Below, piece by piece: positions 1 through 10,200 of a stretch of 64,000 nucleotides of DNA (within the stretch, counting starts at the first letter, position 1; each line of letters begins with the position of its first letter). The notes below the pieces were generated by a model that did not search any database, was not told where the DNA came from, and saw only the letters and a list, made by a program, of their open reading frames with translations. Location of the stretch: the IMG/VR virus record IMGVR_UViG_3300048590_000360, positions 1 through 64,000 of that record; one strand, given 5' to 3'. The translations under genes were made by a program, and so were the position numbers. Source of the stretch: a virus.

Positions 1-527
1 TTTGCTTCGTTAGTTACTGTAATAACTTTGAATTTCGGGAACATAAATTCCACGTTGCCTTTTTTATCTTTTTCTGCACCGTGAATCTGTACAGCACCCT
101 TATACACGTCGTTTTTATTTGTAAATTCAAAGAAGTCAACCAATCCGGAACCAGCTAACTTTATGTTACCGATTTTATATTCAGTTCCATCTTTGTATGC
201 AATGTATATGGATTTGGCGAATTTACCACCTTTATTCATGCACTTCAGCGATTCATATACACCTTCTTCATATATCCCGTTTTTGGTGCGGACAGTGACG
301 TTTTCACCTTTTTTTCTCCATTCGGTACTCCAATAAGAACTTTTGTCTGATTCCGAATAACCCGTGATGCAATTAAGCATATCCAGAACCATAAAGGAAA
401 AAGGTAATTTCATAAATTCCTTTTCCTTGGTTTCCTTGTTGTAGGATTCGATACATCCTTTTGAACCATTCCATTCAAAATATTTTTGAACGGGGTTTGT
501 TACTTCTGTGTTGTTACTTCTACTCAT
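1..527 (-). CDS. hypothetical protein, N-terminal part only (gene runs off the left window edge)
   Basis: ATG at 527 (rc). Manual translation MSRSNNTEVTNPVQKYFEWNGSKGCIESYNKE... stays open for all 175 codons to position 1. Absent from the ORF track because no stop is reached. Same strand, 29 nt downstream of the ATPase gene. Confidence 0.5.
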   Translation of the reverse strand, partial: MSRSNNTEVTNPVQKYFEWNGSKGCIESYNKETKEKEFMKLPFSFMVLDMLNCITGYSESDKSSYWSTEWRKKGENVTVRTKNGIYEEGVYESLKCMNKGGKFAKSIYIAYKDGTEYKIGNIKLAGSGLVDFFEFTNKNDVYKGAVQIHGAEKDKKGNVEFMFPKFKVITVTNEA

Positions 528-556
528 TTTGATTTGATTTATTTATTAAAAAGTGT

Positions 557-1801
557 TTACTCTACTATAAATTCTACTTGAAGTTTTTCCTGTCCTCTGA
601 CAACTTGTTCAATGAAGATTTGCCAGTCATTATCTTTAGCAATTTTCATGATGTCCTCATATCGTTTTTGGCCTATACTTTCTCCATGTTCAATGAATAA
701 CATTCCTAATTCCGGATTCTCAGCCATCTTTAGTTTAATTCCCAATTCAATGATTTCTGACGTTGACATAGAATCAATATGCACAGGTGTCCCGTTATAC
801 ACTAATCCTTCTGTGTTAAAGAATAATCCGTTAACTGGTGTGTCCATACTCTCAATGGTGTCTTTCACTGTCACTCTTAATTCTTCTATATCTGTTGTAA
901 GAACTTCGTAAGACTTTTCATGTTCTTTGAATGTCTTTTCTAATTCTACTGCTTGATAGTAAGAATCTACTTTTCTGTTAGATTCATGAGCATTTGATAT
1001 TTCGGATTGTAATTGTGAAACGTCAATCTTGCTATGACTTTTCAACCAAGTATCAATTTTGTCAATTTCTACTTGTAATGTTTCTTTGGAAGACTTCAAT
1101 GACTTTAATCGTTCTTCTAATTCATAGATTTCTGTTTCAATGGATTTCAGCCCTTCCTTTTTCTGTGAACATGTTATTTCTCCACGGGTGTACGTTTCAT
1201 TATTTTGAACTGCTTTTGCCAACTGTTCTTCTTTGGCTTTTATGTCTATCTTTTCGGGTTTCTCACCCCCGATAAGTAGGTTGTAAGATTCGTGTTTTTT
1301 GAGACTACCCTCAAACATTTTTAGATTCCTGCCTACTTCGGTGCGTTCTTCGTACTTCTTGGCAATTTGACCTTCATAATTTGCTAATTCCCGTTGAATT
1401 TCTTCGGGCAGCATTGACTTGAAGATTTCCACTTGTTTCTTTCTCCCTGATTCAGATTCAGAAAGTTTCACGAACTCGTCTATATTTAATGACGTTGCTC
1501 CAACAATCCCAGCAATTACACCCTTCTTGCTTTCAATAATTCCTCCAGGGGCTTCCATTACAATCTTCCCCTTCTTGACGTTGAATTTTATTTCCCTCCC
1601 GTCTTTTAAGACGATCACGTACCCCTCTGCTTCGGTGCTTGGTGGGATTTTCTTCGCCCCTAAAGCTATCTGGATAAACTGTAGGAAAGATGACTTTCCC
1701 ACTCCATTATCTCCGCAAAGAATTACGTTTTTCCCTTGAACATCTACGTTCAAGTCTTTTAAGCACTTGAATTGCTTAATGTGTACTTGCTGTGTTTTCA
1801 T
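557..1801 (-). CDS. SMC/RecF/SbcC-like ABC-type ATPase with central coiled coil
   Basis: 414 aa. N-terminal Walker A GDNGVGKSS, long charged coiled-coil-like middle, C-terminal Walker B/D-loop-like MLFIEHGESIG. Architecture of Rad50/RecN-type ATPases. Confidence 0.7.
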   Translation of the reverse strand: MKTQQVHIKQFKCLKDLNVDVQGKNVILCGDNGVGKSSFLQFIQIALGAKKIPPSTEAEGYVIVLKDGREIKFNVKKGKIVMEAPGGIIESKKGVIAGIVGATSLNIDEFVKLSESESGRKKQVEIFKSMLPEEIQRELANYEGQIAKKYEERTEVGRNLKMFEGSLKKHESYNLLIGGEKPEKIDIKAKEEQLAKAVQNNETYTRGEITCSQKKEGLKSIETEIYELEERLKSLKSSKETLQVEIDKIDTWLKSHSKIDVSQLQSEISNAHESNRKVDSYYQAVELEKTFKEHEKSYEVLTTDIEELRVTVKDTIESMDTPVNGLFFNTEGLVYNGTPVHIDSMSTSEIIELGIKLKMAENPELGMLFIEHGESIGQKRYEDIMKIAKDNDWQIFIEQVVRGQEKLQVEFIVE

Positions 1802-1974
1802 TTAGATTTGATTTGATTATATTCATTTGGCAAGTACCTCATTAAAATTTGGATTAAGGTATCCTGGATTTTCTCTTTTTTTCCACTTTTTAAACGGTTG
1901 TTGCTGTTTATTACCTTCAGTTGGTAATGTAAGTCGTTGGGTATCTTCAACGACATATGTGTTATTTCACTCAT
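1798..1974 (-). CDS. small ribbon-helix-helix-like protein (58 aa, below ORF-track cutoff)
   Basis: Manual translation MSEITHMSLKIPNDLHYQLKVINSNNRLKSGKKEKIQDTLIQILMRYLPNEYNQIKSK. Beta-alpha-alpha pattern typical of RHH proteins. Its TGA overlaps the ATPase ATG (ATGA). Confidence 0.45.
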   Translation of the reverse strand: MSEITHMSLKIPNDLHYQLKVINSNNRLKSGKKEKIQDTLIQILMRYLPNEYNQIKSK

Positions 1975-2134
1975 TTGTTTTAATTAATTTTAAATATTCT
2001 TCTCCCCACAAAATTTCCTCTTTGTAATCCTGTAATGATTTTTTAAAAAGGTTTTTATTCTTGTACCTTTTTATTCTCCCTTCCGCTTCAGGAATGGATA
2101 TTGTCCTATTACGTATCTTACCGAGTAAATTCAT
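1967..2134 (-). CDS. hypothetical small protein
   Basis: ORF-track ORF 1967..2164 trimmed to ATG 2134 (MNLLGKIRNR...), because a terminator hairpin and a TACTTTTG box occupy 2137-2179. Confidence 0.4.
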   Translation of the reverse strand: MNLLGKIRNRTISIPEAEGRIKRYKNKNLFKKSLQDYKEEILWGEEYLKLIKTNE

Positions 2135-2136
2135 TT

Positions 2137-2144
2137 CAAAAGTA
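2137..2144 (-). promoter_or_regulatory. -7 promoter box (rc TACTTTTG)
   Basis: Matches TAnnTTTG. Lies 2 nt upstream of ATG 2134 and directly after terminator 2151..2179. Confidence 0.4.
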
Positions 2145-2150
2145 ATTAAA

Positions 2151-2179
2151 AAAACAAAACACACTAAAGTTTAGTGTGT
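2151..2179 (-). terminator. rho-independent terminator
   Basis: Perfect 9-bp stem acacactaa (2159-2167) / ttagtgtgt (2171-2179) with a 3-nt loop. On the minus strand it is followed by TTTTGTTTTTTT. Confidence 0.7.
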
Positions 2180-2231
2180 CTTATTACGTTTAATTTTATG
2201 TTTGGTTACGTTTCTTTGAAAAAAACTTGAA

Positions 2232-2408
2232 TTATTTTTCGAGAATACCGATTAGTGAATCTTTGGATCGGAGGAATACAAGTCCTAAAGCACACCATCC
2301 GGCTGCTGCTGTGTAGTCTTTTGTTTCGTGGTACTGCCATGCTGCGAAACCTAATACTGCTACTCCTATAATAGTAGTAACGTAATTTTTAATGAGACGT
2401 TTTTTCAT
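2232..2408 (-). CDS. small membrane protein with two predicted TM segments (58 aa, holin-like size)
   Basis: Manual translation MKKRLIKNYVTTIIGVAVLGFAAWQYHETKDYTAAAGWCALGLVFLRSKDSLIGILEK. Two hydrophobic stretches. Overlaps the end of 2389..2748. Confidence 0.45.
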   Translation of the reverse strand: MKKRLIKNYVTTIIGVAVLGFAAWQYHETKDYTAAAGWCALGLVFLRSKDSLIGILEK

Positions 2409-2748
2409 TGTTGATTAGTTTAGATATTAGACTGTCAAGTTTAGTATTGATTGCACTCAACTGTTTTTCTATTGAGTCTTTCAGTTCGTTATGCCTTTCC
2501 TTCATATCGGCTGTTTTTTCGTCACACCTCTGTTGAAGTTCGGCTTTCATTGCCGTCTTTGAGGCATGAACGTGGATTAGTTCTTCCTTCATAGTAGATT
2601 TAATTGTGTTAGTTTCCTTATCCATGTTGGCTTTATGCTCTTGGATAATCCTTTCAACTTCACCTAACTTGAATTTGATGTAGAAGTATCCTCCTGCTGC
2701 TGATACGACTATTCCCAGAAGGGCTGCAATATCTAATATCTCATTCAT
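2389..2748 (-). CDS. membrane-anchored coiled-coil protein
   Basis: 119 aa. N-terminal hydrophobic ILDIAALLGIVVSAAGGYFYI followed by a charged helical region. ATG at 2748. Confidence 0.6.
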   Translation of the reverse strand: MNEILDIAALLGIVVSAAGGYFYIKFKLGEVERIIQEHKANMDKETNTIKSTMKEELIHVHASKTAMKAELQQRCDEKTADMKERHNELKDSIEKQLSAINTKLDSLISKLINNEKTSH

Positions 2749-3092
2749 CGTTTGAATAGTTTTTTAATCCATTTCTTAATAGGACAAAGATAAGGTTTCT
2801 TTTCTATTGTTTTTTTTGTTGTTGGTGTATTGATATGTACCGTTTTACGGGAAACGTCGGTGCGTAGTGTCTGAATGTAGCTTTCAATTACCTTTGCTAC
2901 ATCAGTATCACCCCATGACCCCTCAACGTATGGCTGCGGAGGTATTTCGTGGAATATCCTTACCCCCTCCTGCCCTAAGATTACAATCTGAGGCGCAAAG
3001 GTCTGGGCTATAGGATTGTCAATAGTGCGGAATAGTTCGTACCCGTTGTACTGAATCTCTACTCCCGGATGTGTGTCAACTTGTAGTGTCAT
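2745..3092 (-). CDS. hypothetical protein
   Basis: 115-aa ORF with ATG start and a 4-nt overlap with the downstream gene. Confidence 0.6.
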   Translation of the reverse strand: MTLQVDTHPGVEIQYNGYELFRTIDNPIAQTFAPQIVILGQEGVRIFHEIPPQPYVEGSWGDTDVAKVIESYIQTLRTDVSRKTVHINTPTTKKTIEKKPYLCPIKKWIKKLFKR

Positions 3093-3133
3093 TGTTGTGT
3101 GTATTATACCCCTGCTTCAGCAAAGGTTGCGTA

Positions 3134-3790
3134 TTAGAATGATACATAGCGGATTAGAATGTATTGGTATGTTCCATTGGTCTTGGTGATATTACCAACC
3201 CCGGGAGAATAAACAATCTTTGCTAAAGTGGTGTTACTCTTTGGTGTAGTAGTTGACCACACACCATTTGTAAAACTAACATTCAAAGGGCTGTAATTGA
3301 GGGGATCGGCACTTTTGTAATCACACAATGTGCTTAACTCCGTAATGTTAGGTACATACCAATTCACCGCGTTAAAGGAATACGGTTGACCTGCCAATAC
3401 ATTCGCCCAAGTGTCGGGGCCTTTTATAATTCGATACCACACCGGAACTATACCATTAACATAATCAGCATACAGCCAATCATATACCTCATCATTGGCG
3501 TATGTTTGGCCACCTGCGGAATCTGTGAATCTATTGGTATTACCGTAGGGGTTATTGTTATTCAACACCGTGAACGAACTACCCCTGCCACGTTCCAGCG
3601 CCCCATCGTCATTCGCAACGTATGATGTCGTTTGTCCTGTCTTCGCAATGGAAGCCACATTGTACCTATTGTCGGGAACAACCCATATACCGTTATTCAA
3701 TGCGCCAGCAGTAGTGCCATCTTCGTATTCTACAAGATAACCTTTTCCCAATTTAAACATTCCACTACCGGACTTCCCGAATGCAGCCAT
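3134..3790 (-). CDS. tail-fiber-like protein, possible DUF1566/Lcl-C-like domain
   Basis: 218 aa. WYVPNITELSTLCDY ... GVWSTTT resembles the W-LP-EL / WSS pattern of DUF1566 (match by eye only). Lies in the virion gene block. Confidence 0.4.
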   Translation of the reverse strand: MAAFGKSGSGMFKLGKGYLVEYEDGTTAGALNNGIWVVPDNRYNVASIAKTGQTTSYVANDDGALERGRGSSFTVLNNNNPYGNTNRFTDSAGGQTYANDEVYDWLYADYVNGIVPVWYRIIKGPDTWANVLAGQPYSFNAVNWYVPNITELSTLCDYKSADPLNYSPLNVSFTNGVWSTTTPKSNTTLAKIVYSPGVGNITKTNGTYQYILIRYVSF

Positions 3791-4266
3791 TATGCAAAGA
3801 AGGTTACAATAATCTTTCCGTCATTAGTAGTACTATCAAGAATCAATGGTCTTGGTCTCCGCGTGGTGGAGGGTGAACTATTAACAGCATACGTTCCAGT
3901 AGCACCGTCAGGCAATAACTGTCCATCAACTGTCTCCCCACTTGTACTGTCAATCAAGTACGCAATACTTTGATAACCGATTGGAGGTGTTTTTTTCAAG
4001 GTAGAACCACTTAAAGTATTGGAAAATTCTTCATCAACGGTTAACTCAGTGGCGCTTTCGATGCTTATAATTTTTCGTATTTCGGTATTAGTAGCATCAT
4101 ACAGAAAATCTCCAGGTTGTAGTTCAGTAGTAAACAATGTACCCGAACCTATAATCCTATCTTTTCTTGACATTGTGGAACATGTTCCCGTGATACTTTC
4201 ACTTTGAGGGAACGTATCTTTCACATTGTTATACGTTGCGTGTTGGTTGTTAATAGTAACTGCCAT
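3790..4266 (-). CDS. hypothetical virion-associated protein
   Basis: 158-aa ORF. TAACTTTG box 14 nt upstream. Overlaps the downstream start by 1 nt. Confidence 0.6.
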   Translation of the reverse strand: MAVTINNQHATYNNVKDTFPQSESITGTCSTMSRKDRIIGSGTLFTTELQPGDFLYDATNTEIRKIISIESATELTVDEEFSNTLSGSTLKKTPPIGYQSIAYLIDSTSGETVDGQLLPDGATGTYAVNSSPSTTRRPRPLILDSTTNDGKIIVTFFA

Positions 4267-4280
4267 GATGAATTTTTTTA

Positions 4281-4288
4281 CAAAGTTA
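4281..4288 (-). promoter_or_regulatory. -7 promoter box (rc TAACTTTG)
   Basis: TAnnTTTG match 14 nt upstream of ATG 4266. Confidence 0.4.
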
Positions 4289-7200
4289 ACGATTTCTTTC
4301 GACCTTTCTTCTTGATGTACTTCTGGTACTTATACTTCTTGTAGTTACACTTCTTTTATACGACCTTCCCCCTCCTGATTTAGATTCTTTTTTCTTTCCC
4401 TTTCGCATAGTCTCAATGGTATAATCAGTATCTCCGTATTTTTTACTCATTACATTGTTTTGGTACCTGATTAATCCTCTAATTGCTGGTGTCCATGCTT
4501 TGCTATCTGTGATACCAAAGGAACGGGCAAGGGCATCTAATGCTATAATCCCTGCAATGCGTCTTTCTTCTTCAGTCAACTTTACCCTTTCGATAATTGC
4601 TGGTTCATTTTTATACGGGGCTTTCACAACAAAATCAGTTTCGCCAGTAATAAACTGTTCGATGTATGGCGCGGCATTGGCCACATTCTCTATTACAACT
4701 GAACCGGAACCAAAAAGGAACGCTAACTGTCCTAATGCAGTTTCATTCTCATATATAGGTAATAAGTCCTTATTCTCATAATCTTCATCTATCATCCCTG
4801 CTACAAGGTTTACACCGTGTCTTGCTTTTCCTTCTATTAATGAACCAAATCCCCCAACTGCGGTATCCAGATATGCTTGTATCAATGATTGAACTGCTTG
4901 TTCCTTAACATCTTTGTCCTTGAACATTTTCTCCAATAGTTCTTCATCTTCGTCATCAACAACGGCACGAACAAAGGATTCTGCTATAGCTTTAGACAAG
5001 GCACCTAACATGATTATCTTTATTCCAGTAAAAACTACTGCTTCAGCGAAATATCCCATCATATCTGCCATTGCTTCACCCCACTCTTTGGAATTTACAT
5101 GGTGCCTCCTTAACTTTTGAATGTTTAACATCGCTGTCCCACGGGCATTGAAACTAAACGAACTAAACGGTGCAACGGTATTCATGAACATATCTTTCCA
5201 CGCATTCTTTCCACGTTGAACTAAGAAGGAACCCTTAGTGAAATCTGATATATTCTGTGTCCTATCTATCTGTTGGTCTGCATAGGATGACGCTTCAGCA
5301 TCTGGATTCTTAGCTTGTGTATCCCAATCTATTTCGCCCAACGGGATACCCTTTTCTTCAACTAAAAATTTAGTGTAATAAGCTCCCCACGTCTTTTTGG
5401 CTATCCAATAATCTGAATTCTGTAAAGTCCATAACGCTAATTCTTTGGACTTATCAATAACCTTTCCAGCTCCTTTTGTTGCTTGATTTTTAGTAATAAA
5501 ATCAAAGAACTTCATGAATGCACTTTCAGATTGTGATGCTGTTTTTTTAATAGTTTGGTTCACAGGATCGGATTTTGTTCCTGCTTCCATGGACTTCCTT
5601 TCTAATATTGTTCCTTTGGAATAGAAACTGTCAGGCATATTTGAAGGTATCTGTCTGTAGTAGAATTGAACTTTTGGATTGAATGCTAAATTAATCGCTG
5701 CCCTAACATATACACTTGGTACCTGAACCACAAATTGTAAAACGGAACCCAATGCGTTTACAGCACCAATATCCCTTATTCTTTTTGTTACATTGGTGAA
5801 CTCTTTGATTACTTCATTACCGTCACCGGTCATCATATTTCTATGTTGTTTGATGCTATCAATGAGTTTGTTTAATAGAACATTTGATGCGTATTCTCCT
5901 GTCTTGTCAATGAATACAGAATTGTTGAATATCTTTTCTGCCCTTTGCCTTGCGCCAATAGTCTCAATGTAATACATAGAATCCATCATCTTTCTCTCCA
6001 CAACGCTGTCAAAGTCTAAGTCTAATCCGCGTCCTTTCCGCATTTTCATGAACTTCACCCTGTCAATCGTTGTCCCTGCTTGTTTCGTGTCAAGTCCTGG
6101 CTCTCCGTAACTCACATCGTCGAATGATGCTTCTTTAGTAATTGTCTTAGTAGCTGTTGGCGTGTAGTTATCCCATGCTGCTAACATCTTATTGTCATAA
6201 GCTCTCAAAGTTTTATCTAAGTTGCCTTTGAATTGTGCTGCTGTATTTATTCCTAACTGAACAATTTCCCAATTACCAGACTGTTCTGAAGATACTCTTT
6301 CTATAAATGCTTGTGAAGGGTTATCTGTAGCCAATGCCGGTTCTACATATTTTTCAAGAAACTTCTGAATTATTTCGCCTTCTTTTATTAAGGCTTTCTT
6401 TTTGCTTTCCTGTTTAGCAATAGCATCATTCATTAATACTTCTGCACGTTTCCGGAAATCTGAATTCGCATCCCCGTTGTGTTGAATGATATAAGCAATA
6501 ATACCCCTTGCAATTACATTTTCTACAGACCTTAATTCGGGATTCCCTTTGAGAATCTTGGCTAAAGGTTTAACCCATGCTGAATGAATAAATCTTCTTG
6601 ACCTTCCATATCCTGCGTGAATTTCCTGTACACCACTTAACGCTGCAAATTTAGCACCCAATGTAGTAGAATTCATTATGGCTTCCATCATCTGGGAAGT
6701 ACTGAAGTACACATTCTTAATCTTTCCTAATACTCCTTCTATTTGGTGTGTGCTTTGTTTGTCTAACCACTCAATGGTTTGTGCCGCCCTTATTGTTTCG
6801 ACTAATGCGCCAGCGTAATCTACATTCTGATTTGCCACGGCATTATTCAAAGTATTGATTAATTCAATAATATCCCTGTCACTTAACATGTCAGGGGAAC
6901 TGTTTAGAATTTCATTAATCAATGCTTTTTCACTGTCATCTAATCCGTCTAAGTCTCCGTCCTGTTCTGCTTGTTTATATTCTTCAATAACTTGCATTGC
7001 TTCATTGAGTAATGCTGTCCGCTTCTCAATATCTATTTCATCCTTTTCGTCGTCGCTGAGTGCATTTTCTTCATTGTACTTTCTAATTTTATCTTGAACT
7101 TGTTCCAATGTATCAGTAGGGTCAAATTTTATATTGTCACCGTACTTTAATATTAACATATCCCGATAATTAGCCTGTACTACTTCTTGTACTACTTTAA

Positions 7201-10200
7201 GTACTGATTCCATTTCAGCATTGGTAATCATTCCTTCTTGGCCTGCATTATCTACAAAGAATATTTCATTATCCTTGTCAAACTTTACCTTTGCGCCTTG
7301 CACCATTGTTGAAATCTTATCAATTAACGGGGCAAATACTTCATTGAATGTCTTTTCATCAAGATATTTAGGATTGATTTTTAGAATATCTCTGAGGATG
7401 GGTTTCTGTTCCGCAAATACTCTGGTTGTCTTACTTCCCATTGCCTTACGGATACCTTTCATCTTCTTCTTTACTTCATTCTTTCTGCGTTGCTTTTCTG
7501 CGGATTCCTTGTTCCTTTCTTTTGTGACTTTGGCGCGTTGGTTCACCATTTTTTTAACAGCACTATTCTTAGATAGATTGTTCCATGTTCCGGATTGAAA
7601 TACCGTCTTAAATGCTATTTTGAACAATTCGTCTGCTTCTTTTTTAGATAGTCCGTATCTATTCATTACGTCTTTTACGAATTCAGCCTTTGTGGTTTTA
7701 TCGGTGAGGATTTTCGCGCCATAATCCAACATGTCTTGGCGCGTGTTCAAATAAGTTTGGAACCCTTTAGCAGTATCCCTGAACATTTTCCCTACTTGCT
7801 TTTCTTTCCACCCACGTTCTTTAGCTATATGTTTGACGTGGCTTATTGATAATCCATTCTTCCAGAATAACTGAACGGCTTCACCTACTGTCATATCCGT
7901 ATCCATCATCCCCTGAGTAGCAATCATCTTAGCAAGTGAAGGTGTGAACCCGTAATGCAATATTAAACCTTTTACTACAGCATCATATCCATGTCCTTCT
8001 TGTAGTTTAACTTGTGCATTGATTATCGCTTGGTTATATTCCTGTGGAGTAATGGTATCTAATGTAGTGCTTGTCTTTTTGGCTTTTTGTGGGCGTACTT
8101 TAGGTTTCAGTGAATCAAGGTAACTTTGATATACTTCATTTTCGCTCATCTTGTAATGGTGTGGTAACTTACTAAGGTCTCCACCCATTTTTTTTAACCA
8201 CCATTTTCTATCAACAAACCATTCATTGGTGTATTCTCTGGCAACTTGTTCCGGTGTCTTTTCTTTCTTCTTAGCCCACTTGTGACCCTGTGCTTCCATA
8301 CGTTCACGGAACTTTTGTTCACGGACTTTCTGAACAGGGGTGTCTGTTGTAATAATTGTGCCGGATTTAAATGATTTATGAATACCTTTTATTACTGATT
8401 CTATATCATTTGCTTCGTACAGTTTTGTTGTTTTTAATTTTCCCAATAAATTATTGATAAAATCGGCAATCTTTTGTAAAATGTTCATCTTGTCAGGGAA
8501 TTTCCCTGCGACAATTCGCGCAACGCCTTCAGTAAGAAATTCTATATCCCTATCCGTATCATCATACTGTGAAGCAAAATCGTCTAACTCAGCCAATAAC
8601 TCAGGATTTGAACTTCCAAGTAATGTCCTTAATTCGGTTGCTAACTTCTTAACCTTGTCTGGGGAACTTAATACGGTATGTATTCCCTCATGTATTAGAC
8701 TTGTCAATAAATTAGGATTAGCAGCGTTCATGTTTACGTGAATCTCATCCCCATCGGCAAAGGCATATACTACTCCATCTTTTTCAATCGCTTTCCCTGC
8801 CCTTTTTTCAAACTGTTTATTGAAATTATCCGCGTCATAATGGAATGTCATAGAACTTCTTAGGGACTGAAATATTCTTGGCAACCACTTAGCCATTCTC
8901 CTTGTAGATTGTGAAGATGTTTTATCCTTCATCATACTTGCAGCAATCTGCCGAATCTCTTTTGTGTTCTTTGCTGTTACAGTTTTCGGTCGTTGGGGTA
9001 GTAATGGTAACTCAGAAAAATCTACAGATTCTTCAACCTCTGTTTCAGTAATTGGTTCGGCTTCGTTTTTTCGTTTTAATACTTCTTTCTGATAGTCTGT
9101 CTGCATAGATTCATCTTCGTAAATACCTATACTATCGTCCCATATCCTTTGTAGTTCTTTTCTCCCTTCTTCTGTACCAACCTTATCTTTAATCATATCA
9201 AGGACTTCAATGGGCGTTTCCATCCAATCACGTTCTACTGCATATTTATTTTCATCATTAATATATTCAAACAATCCTTCAAAGTCAATTACACCTGTGT
9301 TATCGTCAGTCCATTTCCTTAAAGTATTAATAACTTTATCGTCTTTTTTTGATGCTTTATCACTTGAATCTCTTGCCTTTTCTACAACTTTCTGTGCCGT
9401 TTCCCTATTTAAAGATTTCCCAGTAAGGTTTTCATACATGGTAGCAACTGCCCTTGCTTCTTTACTTACCTTTTGATATTTAGCTTTATATGGATTGGAA
9501 AGTATATAGTCAATAATATCCTGTTCTGATACATATTGTCCTGCCCTTTCGCTAATTTCTTGCGCAATAACATCAAGGGGCATCCCATCTCTACCTTTTC
9601 TTGTTAACCAAAATCTACCAATGGCTTGCCCTATAAGATTCTTATCCCCATAATGTATAAAATCTTGTCTCCTGATTGAGTATTCTCTGATTAATTCACC
9701 AATATAATCTTCACCGGAAGTGTGTTCAATGTATAATTCTGCAAGTCTCTCAGGCGTGGGTGTTTCCCCTTGACGTAATCCAGTGGCAGTATCTAATTCA
9801 TTAGGGTCAATTTCTTTTCCCGTCTCTATAAGTCTCATAGATTCGTCAAAGAAAAATTCTTTCCCTTCTTCAGTTTCAATCATAGTCAGAATATCATCCT
9901 TATCTTCTTGACTTAATTCAGTATCTGTTTCTAACCTTTCTTTCACCCAATCATAATCTACGCCGTCTAATCCCATTGAATCACGAATGAACTTCTCTTT
10001 AGGCGTAAATTCCTTTGGTTTAACTTCTTCTTCAACTTGTTCTTCTTTTTTCGGTTCACTGTCATCTTTTTTTCCTTCCGGTTTTTCTATTACACCTGAG
10101 TATTGGTTAGTACTGTAGTCCTTAAATACCTGTGCGGCACTCTTACCATTACGGAAAATATCTTCTAAGGCTTGTTGTGACTGATTTAATCGCTTCGTTA

